From assembly GCA_963693025.1 (NCBI GenBank), contig OY843749.1:438935-502934 (forward strand): 64,000 nucleotides of DNA. Direction: 5' to 3'. A program made the translations under genes and the position numbers. Positions 13,508 through 22,500 of the stretch are shown piece by piece (within the stretch, counting starts at the first letter, position 1; each line of letters opens with the position of its first letter). A model generated the notes under the pieces. That model did not search any database and was not told the origin of the DNA. It worked only from the letters and a program-made list of their open reading frames with translations. This DNA comes from Arenicellales bacterium (GTDB lineage Bacteria > Pseudomonadota > Gammaproteobacteria > Arenicellales > Poriferihabitantaceae).

Positions 13508-14464
13508 TCAACCCGACTCGACTAAGCCCAGCCAATCTCTCGGCTTGAGGTAGTAGTCAACCAACCGCCGTTCATCGCTATCGGGAGCGGGGTCGACTTG
13601 CCAGTCGTATTTCCAGTGCGCCGCCGGCGGCATCGACATCAGAATGGATTCGGTTCTGCCGCCGGCTTGCAAGCCGAACAACGTGCCGCGGTCATACACC
13701 AAGTTGAACTCCACATAACGCCCGCGGCGGTAATGTTGGAAGCGTTGTTGGCGCTCGGTGTAAGGCGTGTCGCGCCGCCGTTGCACGATGGGCTCGTAAG
13801 CATCGAGGAAACTATCGCCAATCGCTTGAGAAAATTCAAACGCGCGCGCGAAACCGCCGTCGGTGTAGTCGTCAAAAAACAACCCGCCGATGCCGCGCGC
13901 CTCGTGCCGGTGTTTGAGATAAAAGTAGCGGTCGCACCACGCCTTGAAGCGCGGATAGTGGCGGCGGTCAAACCGGTCGCATGCCTGTTTCGCGGTTTGA
14001 TGCCAGTGGACGCAGTCTTCGTCAAAGCCGTAGTAGGGAGTCAAGTCGTAGCCGCCGCCGAACCACCACACCGGCGCCGCGCCATCGCCCTGCGCGTCCG
14101 CCAGAAAAAAACGCACATTCATATGGCAGCACGGCACATACGGATTGCGCGGATGCATCACCACGGAAACGCCGCTCGCCTCGAACGGCTTGCCGGCGAG
14201 ATGCGCGCGCTCGGTGCTGGCGGTGGCGGCGGTCGGCAACGCGTCTCCGCGAACGCCGGAAAAATTCACCCCGCCTTTTTCAAACAACGCGCCGTCCTCA
14301 ATCACTCGAGTCACGCCACCGCCACCGTGCGCGTGTTGCCACGCATCCTCACGGAACTCGGCGTCGGGCTCAAGCGCGCCCAACTCCCGGCAGATGCGCT
14401 CCTGCAACCGCCGAAACCCGCGCGCCACCGCCGCCGGGTCGGGGGTGTCCGAAGTCGCGCCCAC
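13508..14464 (-). CDS. hemF: Oxygen-dependent coproporphyrinogen III oxidase
   Basis: [41 protein letters not shown]. Confidence 0.96.
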   Translation of the reverse strand: MGATSDTPDPAAVARGFRRLQERICRELGALEPDAEFREDAWQHAHGGGGVTRVIEDGALFEKGGVNFSGVRGDALPTAATASTERAHLAGKPFEASGVSVVMHPRNPYVPCCHMNVRFFLADAQGDGAAPVWWFGGGYDLTPYYGFDEDCVHWHQTAKQACDRFDRRHYPRFKAWCDRYFYLKHRHEARGIGGLFFDDYTDGGFARAFEFSQAIGDSFLDAYEPIVQRRRDTPYTERQQRFQHYRRGRYVEFNLVYDRGTLFGLQAGGRTESILMSMPPAAHWKYDWQVDPAPDSDERRLVDYYLKPRDWLGLVESG

Positions 14465-14466
14465 CG

Positions 14467-15045
14467 TCAGCCCCGCACCACTTCACCGGTCTCGCCGTGG
14501 CGGATGCTCGACGGCGTGCGGGCGTTGCCAATCCGACCCTCGACGATGAAATCAATCTCATCGCCGAACTCGCGCAACACCGCGCGCCCGCTTCGCAACA
14601 TCCGGCGACCGGCGCGGTTGGCGCTGGTGGAGACGATAGGCGTGCGCGCCAGCCGGCAGAGTCGCGCCGCATCACGATGCGCCGTCACGCGCACCGCCAG
14701 CGTATGCCGCGCACTCTCCGACTCCGAGCGGCGCACCCCGGCGGCGGCGCGCTTGCGCGTCGGCAACAACCAGGTATGCGGACCGGGCCAAGACGCCAGC
14801 ATCTGCGCGCGGCAAGCCACCGCGAAGGAATCAACGAATGGCAACAACCGACTGGCGCGGTCGGCAATCACAATCAACCCTTTGGCGCGCGGGCGGCGCT
14901 TGATTCGCAACAACCGCCGCAACGCCGGCGCACTGCGCGGGTCGCAACCGAGGCCGAAACAAGATTCAGTCGGATAAGCCACCACCCCGCCCGCTCTGAT
15001 AACCGCGGCGGCGCGCGCGACCGAGCCGATGGGGGGCGTGCTCAA
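14467..15045 (-). CDS. tsaC: L-threonylcarbamoyladenylate synthase (TsaC/YrdC)
   Basis: [35 protein letters not shown]. Confidence 0.9.
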   Translation of the reverse strand: MSTPPIGSVARAAAVIRAGGVVAYPTESCFGLGCDPRSAPALRRLLRIKRRPRAKGLIVIADRASRLLPFVDSFAVACRAQMLASWPGPHTWLLPTRKRAAAGVRRSESESARHTLAVRVTAHRDAARLCRLARTPIVSTSANRAGRRMLRSGRAVLREFGDEIDFIVEGRIGNARTPSSIRHGETGEVVRG

Positions 15046-15557
15046 TCTGTGTTGGTAGTCAGAGACTTCTGCAAAGCATCATCCGCGGCGATGACCGCCT
15101 TGGCGTTCTCCTCCCGCCCGGCACGCACCCGCGCCGCCAAGCCATCATCGGCAAGCGCCAAAATCTGCGCCGCCAAATGCCCCGCATTCTTCGCACCCGC
15201 TTTCCCAATCGCCACACAAGCCACCGGCACCCCACCGGGCATCTGCACCGTGGAAAGCAACGCATCCCGCCCATTCAAAGGTCCCCCATCCATCGGCACA
15301 CCAATCACCGGCCGCACCGTCAACGCCGCCACCGCCCCCGCCAAATGCGCCGCCAACCCCGCCCCCGCCACAAACACCCCACACCCTCGTTGCTCTGCGT
15401 CGACGACGTATTGCCGGGTTGCTTCGGGGGTTCTATGTGCTGATGCGATTCGGGCTTCGAATGGGACTTTTAGTTGTTTGAGCACTGCGAAGGTTGCTTG
15501 CATTGTTGGGAGGTCGGATTCTGAGCCCATTAGGACTGCTACGAATGGTTTGTTCAT
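15042..15557 (-). CDS. purE: N5-CAIR mutase PurE
   Basis: MNKPFVAVLMGSESD, SAHRTP, AGLAAHLAG, STVQMPGGVPVA. Confidence 0.95.
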   Translation of the reverse strand: MNKPFVAVLMGSESDLPTMQATFAVLKQLKVPFEARIASAHRTPEATRQYVVDAEQRGCGVFVAGAGLAAHLAGAVAALTVRPVIGVPMDGGPLNGRDALLSTVQMPGGVPVACVAIGKAGAKNAGHLAAQILALADDGLAARVRAGREENAKAVIAADDALQKSLTTNTD

Positions 15558-15626
15558 TGGTTGGTGGGTGGTGGGTGTGGGGGGTAAGGGTAGCGAAATT
15601 GGGGTGGGGGGGCAAGGGTGATAACG

Positions 15627-16021
15627 CGTCATTCTCGAGCGTTAGTGTCCGTTTGCCGCCGCGCTTCTTCTTGCGGCGGCTTACGGACACTTGCGTCCTC
15701 GGGAATCTCCCTAAGGTTGGCACGGACTTGAACAAAGCGAGCGAAGCGGGCGGCGGGTAAGCCGCCGGTTTTTTGGTTTTTTGGATGGGGGCTTCGGTAA
15801 AGTCCACGCTAGTCTTAGAGAGATTCCCAAGGTCGTAAGCGCCCGTAAGCCGCTACGCGGCAACGGGCGCTAACGCTCGAGAGTGACGGAGTTGGGGGTT
15901 TTTGGTTGGGGGCTTTGTTGGAATTCACGGTAGGCTTAGGGAGATTCCCGAGGTCGTAAGTGTCCGGTAAGCCGCCGCTTAAAAGAAAAAGCGCGGCGGC
16001 AACGGACACTAACGCTCGAGA
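15627..16021. repeat. CGTC repeat cluster (A+C dimer 15627-15888, then an inverted arm A interrupted by IS110)
   Basis: Same IRs; the last arm breaks at CTCGAGA (16021) and resumes as ATGACG at 17233. Confidence 0.93.
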
Positions 16022-16037
16022 GTATCTGTGTTAAAAA

Positions 16038-16988
16038 TCAAGCGATATTTGCCGCCGCCGGCGTGTAGTTTTTCAGCCATGGGGTGCCGCGTTTGGCGAC
16101 TGCGTTTAGTTGGGTTAGCAGTTTTCGCATGACTGCCACTTGCGCCACTTTGGGCGGTTTGCCGCGGGCGCGTAGGCGCTCGTAAAACGCCTTCATCTCG
16201 GGGTTATAACGGCACGCCGACACCGCTCCCATGTAAAACGCGCAGCGCGGCTGCGCCCGACCGCCGCGGATGCTGCGCTTGGCGCGCATGGTGCCGCTGT
16301 CGCGCGCATACGGCGCCACGCCCATCAGCGCCGCAATCCGCCGATCGCTCACTTGCCCCAACTCCGGCAAATACGCCAGCAGGGTCATCGCAATCACTTC
16401 GCCGACACCGGTGACACTCTGATACAACGCCGCGCGCTCAGCCAACTCCGGCGCCGAACGCACGCACTCGCGGCAGGCTTTACTCACTGCTTCAATCTCC
16501 TCATCCAGCCACGCCAGATGCCGAAGGCACGATGCCTCAACGACCTCATCCGGACGCTTCTCCAGCCGGTTCTTCTCCTGCACTCGCTGCTTCACCAACT
16601 GCTCGCGACGCCTCATCAAGTCGCTCAACGCTTGACTCTCCGCGCTGCGCGCCGGCGTCGGCGGCAACTTCATCAGCGTCGCAAACTCAGCCAGCGTCCG
16701 CGCATCCAACTTGTCGGTCTTCGCCAACCGACCGCACGATTTCGCGTAGTCTTTGGCTCGCACCGGATGCACCACTTTCACCGGCATCCGCGCCGCATGC
16801 AGCGCGCGCACCAGATGGCGCTCATAACTGGACGCATCGCAAGCCACCTGCTCCACCGCGTTGTCGCGCAACCAAACCAACAGCGCCGGAAAGCCAGCAT
16901 CATCGTTGCTAAACTGCTGCGAGAAACCACCCGGCAACCACACATCCAAATACGCTTTGCCCACATCAATACCCGCAAACTTCTTCAT
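16038..16988 (-). CDS. IS110-family bridge recombinase (RuvC-like DEDD domain + Tnp20 domain)
   Basis: GIDVGK, KTDKLDA, GVG...A, RDSG, GKPPKVAQVAVMRKLL; AGGAGG RBS upstream of ATG 16988. Confidence 0.95.
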   Translation of the reverse strand: MKKFAGIDVGKAYLDVWLPGGFSQQFSNDDAGFPALLVWLRDNAVEQVACDASSYERHLVRALHAARMPVKVVHPVRAKDYAKSCGRLAKTDKLDARTLAEFATLMKLPPTPARSAESQALSDLMRRREQLVKQRVQEKNRLEKRPDEVVEASCLRHLAWLDEEIEAVSKACRECVRSAPELAERAALYQSVTGVGEVIAMTLLAYLPELGQVSDRRIAALMGVAPYARDSGTMRAKRSIRGGRAQPRCAFYMGAVSACRYNPEMKAFYERLRARGKPPKVAQVAVMRKLLTQLNAVAKRGTPWLKNYTPAAANIA

Positions 16989-17040
16989 CAAAGCACCTCC
17001 TAACAAAAGCAACAAAAGGGTTAAAATGAGTTAACATCAG

Positions 17041-17217
17041 CGCTGTTTCCGCACACTTATATACGGGGCATTATCCCCAAGCATCTGTTCGCGGCAACAA
17101 CGGCGCGAGGGGTCCGTACTCTCGAACGCTGCAGCAGGAATCAATGACACCTGCCCAGCACATGACAAACCGGTTCACCCCTCGCGCCCACCCTCTACTC
17201 TGGCCTGAATAGGGGGT
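17041..17217 (-). ncRNA. Predicted bridge RNA of IS110 copy 1
   Basis: 5' hairpin (17191-17216); target loop closed by GGCGCGAGGGG/CCCCUCGCGCC with guides UUUGUCAU and UCGAGAG; donor loop with ACAGAUGCU and AUAUAAG. Ends approximate. Confidence 0.85.
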
Positions 17218-17345
17218 AAACTGAACATATAAATGACGAAGTTGTTGTTGTGAATGACGAAGTTGGGGGGTGGCGGGGTTGGGGGAATGACGGGGAGGGT
17301 GGTAGAATAACCAACCACCAAAATAACCAGCCCCAAACCATCCCC

Positions 17346-17639
17346 ATGCCTGACAAGCAACCCGCAATCTACATTATGGCGAACAAGCGAGACGGGGCGA
17401 TTTATACGGGGGTGACTTCCGACTTGTCTGCGCGTGTGTGGCAACACAGAACCAACGCAATCGGAAGTCATACCAAGAAATACAACATCCACCGGTTGGT
17501 TTATTTTGAGCAATGCGGGGATATGTATTCGGCTATTTCGCGGGAGAAGCAAATTAAAAAGTGGGGGCGGGGGCGGAAGGTGGAGTTGATTGAAAGGGAA
17601 AATCCGGAGTGGCGGGATTTGTGGGAGGATATTGGGTGA
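17346..17639 (+). CDS. Small stand-alone GIY-YIG nuclease (~97 aa)
   Basis: AIYIMANKRDGAIYTGVTSDLSARVWQH...LVYFEQ...AISREKQIKKW.R..K..LIE..NPEWRDL. Confidence 0.9.
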   Translation: MPDKQPAIYIMANKRDGAIYTGVTSDLSARVWQHRTNAIGSHTKKYNIHRLVYFEQCGDMYSAISREKQIKKWGRGRKVELIERENPEWRDLWEDIG

Positions 17640-17686
17640 GTTTGGTTTGTTATTTTTGGATGGTGGAAAATGGGGAGCGTCCTACT

Positions 17687-18148
17687 TCGTCATTCGAGCG
17701 TTAGTGTCCCCCGACTTCGTCATTCTCGAGCGTTAGTGTCCGCCGCCGCCGCCACAACAACAACAACAACTTCGTCATTCTCGAGCGTTAGTGTCCGTTA
17801 GTCGCCGCGCTTTTTCTTTTAAGCGGCGGGTTACGGACCACTTGCGTCCTCGGGAATCTCCCTAAGGTTGGCACGGATTCAAACGGAGTGAGCGAAGCGG
17901 GCGGCGGGTAAGCCGCCGGTCTTTTGGGTGGGGGGCTTTGTTGGAATTCGCGGTAGGGTTAGGGAGATTCCCGAGGTCGTAAGCGCCCGTAAGCCGCTAC
18001 GCGGCAACGGGCGCTAACGCTCGAGAATGACGGGGTTGGGGGTTTTTTGGGTGGGGGTTTTGTTGGAGTTCGCGGTAGTCTTAGGGAGATTCCCGAGGTC
18101 GTAAGCGCCCGTAAGCCGCTATGCGGCAACGGGCGCTAACGCTCGAGA
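17687..18148. repeat. CGTC repeat cluster (two stuttered partial arms, A+C dimer, second arm C interrupted by IS110)
   Basis: CGTCATT starts at ~17688, 17718 and 17773; dimer ends at 18032; next arm breaks at 18148. Confidence 0.93.
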
Positions 18149-18164
18149 GTATCTGTGTTAAAAA

Positions 18165-19115
18165 TCAAGCGATATTTACCGCCGCCGGCGTGTAGTTTTT
18201 CAGCCATGGGGTGCCGCGTTTGGCGACTGCGTTTAGTTGGGTTAGCAGTTTTCGCATGACTGCCACTTGCGCCACTTTGGGCGGTTTGCCGCGGGCGCGT
18301 AGGCGCTCGTAAAACGCCTTCATCTCGGGGTTATAACGGCACGCCGACACCGCTCCCATGTAAAACGCGCAGCGCGGCTGCGCCCGACCGCCACGGATGC
18401 TGCGCTTGCCGCGCATTTTGCCGCTGTCGCGCGTATACGGCGCCACGCCCATCAGCGCCGCAATCCGCCGATCGCTCACTTGCCCCAACTCCGGCAAATA
18501 CGCCAGCAGGGTCATCGCAATCACTTCGCCGACACCGGTGACACTCTGATACAACGCCGCGCGCTCAGCCAACTCCGGCGCCGAACGCACGCACTCGCGG
18601 CAGGCTTTACTCACTGCTTCAATCTCCTCATCCAGCCACGCCAGATGCCGAAGGCACGATGCCTCAACGACCTCATCCGGACGCTTCTCCAGCCGGTTCT
18701 TCTCCTGCACTCGCTGCTTCACCAACTGCTCGCGACGCCTCATCAAGTCGCTCAACGCTTGACTCTCCGCGCTGCGCGCCGGCGTCGGCGGCAACTTCAT
18801 CAGCGTCGCAAACTCAGCCAGCGTCCGCGCATCCAACTGGTCGGTCTTCGCCAACCGACCGCACGATTTCGCGTAGTCTTTGGCTCGCACCGGATGCACC
18901 ACTTTCACCGGCATCCGCGCCGCATGCAGCGCGCGCACCAGATGGCGCTCATAACTGGACGCATCGCAAGCCACCTGCTCCACCGCGTTGTCGCGCAACC
19001 AAACCAACAGCGCCGGAAAGCCAGCATCATCGTTGCTAAACTGCTGCGAGAAACCACCCGGCAACCACACATCCAAATACGCTTTGCCCACATCAATACC
19101 CGCAAACTTCTTCAT
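18165..19115 (-). CDS. IS110-family bridge recombinase, copy 2
   Basis: Nearly identical to copy 1 (differences K>Q, A>T, T>K, A>G, A>V). Confidence 0.95.
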   Translation of the reverse strand: MKKFAGIDVGKAYLDVWLPGGFSQQFSNDDAGFPALLVWLRDNAVEQVACDASSYERHLVRALHAARMPVKVVHPVRAKDYAKSCGRLAKTDQLDARTLAEFATLMKLPPTPARSAESQALSDLMRRREQLVKQRVQEKNRLEKRPDEVVEASCLRHLAWLDEEIEAVSKACRECVRSAPELAERAALYQSVTGVGEVIAMTLLAYLPELGQVSDRRIAALMGVAPYTRDSGKMRGKRSIRGGRAQPRCAFYMGAVSACRYNPEMKAFYERLRARGKPPKVAQVAVMRKLLTQLNAVAKRGTPWLKNYTPAAVNIA

Positions 19116-19167
19116 CAAAGCACCTCCTAACAAAAGCAACAAAAGGGTTAAAATGAGTTAACATCAG

Positions 19168-19344
19168 CGCTGTTTCCGCACACTTATATACGGGGCATTA
19201 TCCCCAAGCATCTGTTCGCGGCAACAACGGCGCGAGGGGTCCGTACTCTCGAACGCTGCAGCAGGAATCAATGACACCTGCCCAGCACATGACAAACCGG
19301 TTCACCCCTCGCGCCCACCCTCTACTCTGGCCTGAATAGGGGGT
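19168..19344 (-). ncRNA. Predicted bridge RNA of IS110 copy 2
   Basis: Sequence identical by eye to 17041-17217. Confidence 0.85.
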
Positions 19345-19359
19345 AAACTGAACATATAA

Positions 19360-19567
19360 ATGACGAAGTTGTGGGGGTGGCACGGACTTGAACAAAGTGG
19401 GCGAAGCGGGTGGCGGGTAAGGCGCCGGTTTTTTGGGTTTTTTGGGTGGGGGCTTCGGTAAAGTCCACGGTAGTCTTAGGGAGATTCCCGAGGTCGTAAG
19501 TGTCCGGTAAGCCGCCGCTTAAAAGAAGAAGCGCGGCGGCAACGGACACTAACGCTCGAGAATGACG
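19360..19567. repeat. CGTC repeat (remainder of the interrupted terminus, spacer and inverted arm A)
   Basis: CTTAGGGAGATTCCCGAGG...CTAACGCTCGAGAATGACG ending at 19567. Confidence 0.9.
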
Positions 19568-19573
19568 GGGTTG

Positions 19574-22500
19574 CTAAAACTCCACTTCCCCCTTCAGCCA
19601 AACCCCCTGGTTGTTTTGGTGGTTGGTATACAGGTTCAAGTTTAGGTGGGGGGTTTTTTGGTATTTTAGGCCTAGGCGGTAGGATTGGGTTTTGCCTAGG
19701 GTTAGTTGGGTGTAGGGGGTTATTGGGTGGGTGGTTAGGCCGTAGGATAGGTTGGCGCGTAGATTGGCTTCTAATTTTGAGTCTGCTGTTGTTGAACCTG
19801 AGCCCAGGGTTGAGGCGGACGATGACGAACCCGCCCCCGCCGAACTCCTTATCCCCTCATCCCACACCTCACTCATCCGGCTACTTGAGTTGCCGTAGGT
19901 GGGGGTTAGGGATAGGGATAGGCCTTGGCCGTCTTTTCCGGGGGATAGGTTTAGGTGGGCGCTTATTCCCCAGTCGTCGTATTCTCCGCTGTGGCCGAAT
20001 AGGGCTCTGGCGTTTCCTGAGAGGGTTACGCCGCGGGCTTGGTTGGTGTATTGGATGCCGCCGCCTACTTCTATTCCGGAGCCGGTTTCGCCGTCTCCGG
20101 TGTCGGAGCGGATGCCGATTTCGGCGTTGCGGTTGAGTTCGCCGCCGGTGGCGGTGGTTTGTTTGTGGTTGCCTTCCAAGGCGAAGCGCAGGCGGTTGGC
20201 GTCTACTTCGCGCGCCATGTAGTCGTCGGTTTTGTCTACATCGGTTTTGGTGACGAAGGCTTCGGCTTTTAGGCGCATTTCGGTTTTGCCGAAGTGGAAC
20301 CAGGTGCCGCTGCCGCCGATGCCGAGCATTTGCGTGCTGATGTCGGTCTTATATGATTCGTCGGGGTCGTTATCAAAGGTGGCTTCGATTTCGCCGCTAC
20401 CGAAGCCGGCGGTCGCCCACATGTCCAGCCGCCCGTCGCGCGCGCTCCAGCCGAGGTAGGGGTTGACGCCGGTGTGGGTGAGGTCGTAGTCGCCGCCGCC
20501 GTTGATGCCGCCGGCGAACTCAATGTCCGCTTCGCTGTGGGTGACGAGCAAGCCGGTGAGCAGGTCGGGGCGCACGCGCGCGTCGAAGCCGAGGTTGACG
20601 CTGAACAGCGTGCCTTCCCAATCCAGCGCGCCGCTTTCGCCGCCGAGTTCGCGGTGGTCGCCGCCGCCCCAGAAGGTGGCGTTGTGCAATCCGCCGGCGC
20701 CGAATCCGCCGCCGCCCGCGCCCACCCCAAAGCCGCCGTTACCGTCGGCAGCTGCGGACAACGGCATCACGAATTCGGAGCCGCCGAGCGCGCGTTGGAA
20801 ATCTATGCCGTCGGTGTTGACCGCCGCATCGGCTTGCGTGGCGGCGATGCCTTCGAGCGTGGATTGCCCGGCGAATGACAGGCTCGCGCCGCCGCCGCCG
20901 CCCTCGCCGAGTTTGGCTTGGCGGATGCGGCGGGCAATCGCGCCGGTTTGCTGGTCTGCCATAGCGCGCACGATTTCGGGCAGGATGACGCGGTTGAGTT
21001 CATCGAGCGCGGCGGTTGGGGAGGGTCGGACCATGAACTCGGGCATGGTGAGGACGCCGTTTCTGAAGTAGTCGGCGTAGTTGCTAGCCCCGGTGACGGC
21101 GTGGCTGAGGCCGATGCCGTCGGGATAGGTGTCGGGCGTGAAGTCAGCGGTGGCGGTCACGGTCACCGTTTGTGGCATGCTCCAGTTGCCGGCGATGGCG
21201 GTGAATGTCAGCGCCGAGGCGGGCGTTAGCGTCACGCTTACCACGTCCGGCGGGACGGTGCTCGGCGTCACCAGCACATCGGCGCTCGGTGGGGTCTCCA
21301 GCACGATTGTATAGATCTTGCTCTCGCCCGGATTGAGGCTGAAACCGAGCGGGGCGAAGGTGATGCCGGCTTGGTTGACCGTCACCTGAAAAGCCTTCGT
21401 GACATCGCCGTAGTTTGCCCCGCTCGCCGTGTGGGCGATGGTGAAACTGCCGGCGGTGCTGGCGGGGGCATCCGGGGGGGACATCAACGCCACCTGCACC
21501 GGCTGATTCCAGTTACTGTCGGAGAAGGTCAGCGTGGCGTCGGAGACCATGAGATTGTCGGCGTTGCTGCTCGCTATCATCACCGTGACATCGCCGGTCG
21601 GGAGTTCGGAAAGCCGCACGCTGTAATCCATATCCGTGCCTTCGCCGAAGTTGGCGGCGGCGGTGATGCTCTCCGGGGTAAACGTCAGGTCAGGACCCGG
21701 CACCCTAATCGTATAAAACGCCCCCGCAGGCATGGGGATAGGCACGCCCCCCACGGTCGCGCCCGGACCGGTGAGCGAGGTCATCCGTATTTCATAGTCC
21801 CCGGCGGCGCCGGCGGGAATCACCACATCCAATGCCCCCAGGGGGAGGTTGGCACCGGTGGGGTTGGCTTCGGGCATGAAGACGACCGGAGACGGGTTGA
21901 GCGTTGGCAAGTAGGTGGGGGTGTCGCCGTCCATGCGCACCACTTCAAACGCGACCGTCAAATTGCCTTCCAGATGGGTGTTGATATCCAGTTCAATGGT
22001 CAGGGTCTCGCCCGGTCTGACGACCCGCGGGTCTGCGGGTGTGCCGCTTCCGCCGCCGCCGCTACCGGTGCTTAAAGCCCTTGTCGAAGTGATCCTCGGC
22101 GAAGCCACTCCCACACCAACGCTCGTGGAAAGCGCGGCATATTCGGGCGCGTCATCGCTGCTGGATGTGTGCCTGACTTGCAGGGTGAAGTCATCGGCTT
22201 GCCGCTCGGCAACGGTGACGGTTACCAACTTCCTGGTGAGCCAGTCATCTTGGCTGGCGGCGGTGAAAGTCAGCGTGGCGGGGGTGATTTCGCCTTGCGA
22301 CGCCGTCAACGACACCACCACCGTGCCGTCACCGGCGGGCTGGGTCGCCAGCGCGACTCCGTAGATGAGCGTGCCGTCCGCATTGATGATGTTTAGCCCA
22401 CTGTTCGGCAACGGACCGCCCGCTTCCGTGAGAACCAAAATCTCCGCCACATCGTTCTCAATAATCGTCACATTAAACGGACCAGCAGGCTGGGTGGCGT

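Larger units (their letters stand above)
16021..17232 (-). mobile_element. IS110-family insertion sequence, copy 1 (~1.21 kb)
   Basis: Removing the element restores the repeat terminus CTCGAGAATGACG; no TIRs and no long TSD; recombinase plus upstream non-coding end. Confidence 0.95.
18148..19359 (-). mobile_element. IS110-family insertion sequence, copy 2 (direct orientation, offset 2127 bp from copy 1)
   Basis: Junctions identical to copy 1: CTCGAGA|GTATCTGTG ... CATATAA|ATGACG. Confidence 0.95.

Noticed and set aside
15042..15632. Extended purE N-terminus starting in the repeat
   Set aside because: The extension is low-complexity halo sequence; the canonical start MNKPFVAV is at 15557.
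17139..17150. Second UGUCAUU target-like segment in the bridge RNA as an extra guide
   Set aside because: It falls in the apical loop of the internal stem, not opposite the right target guide, and may be coincidental.
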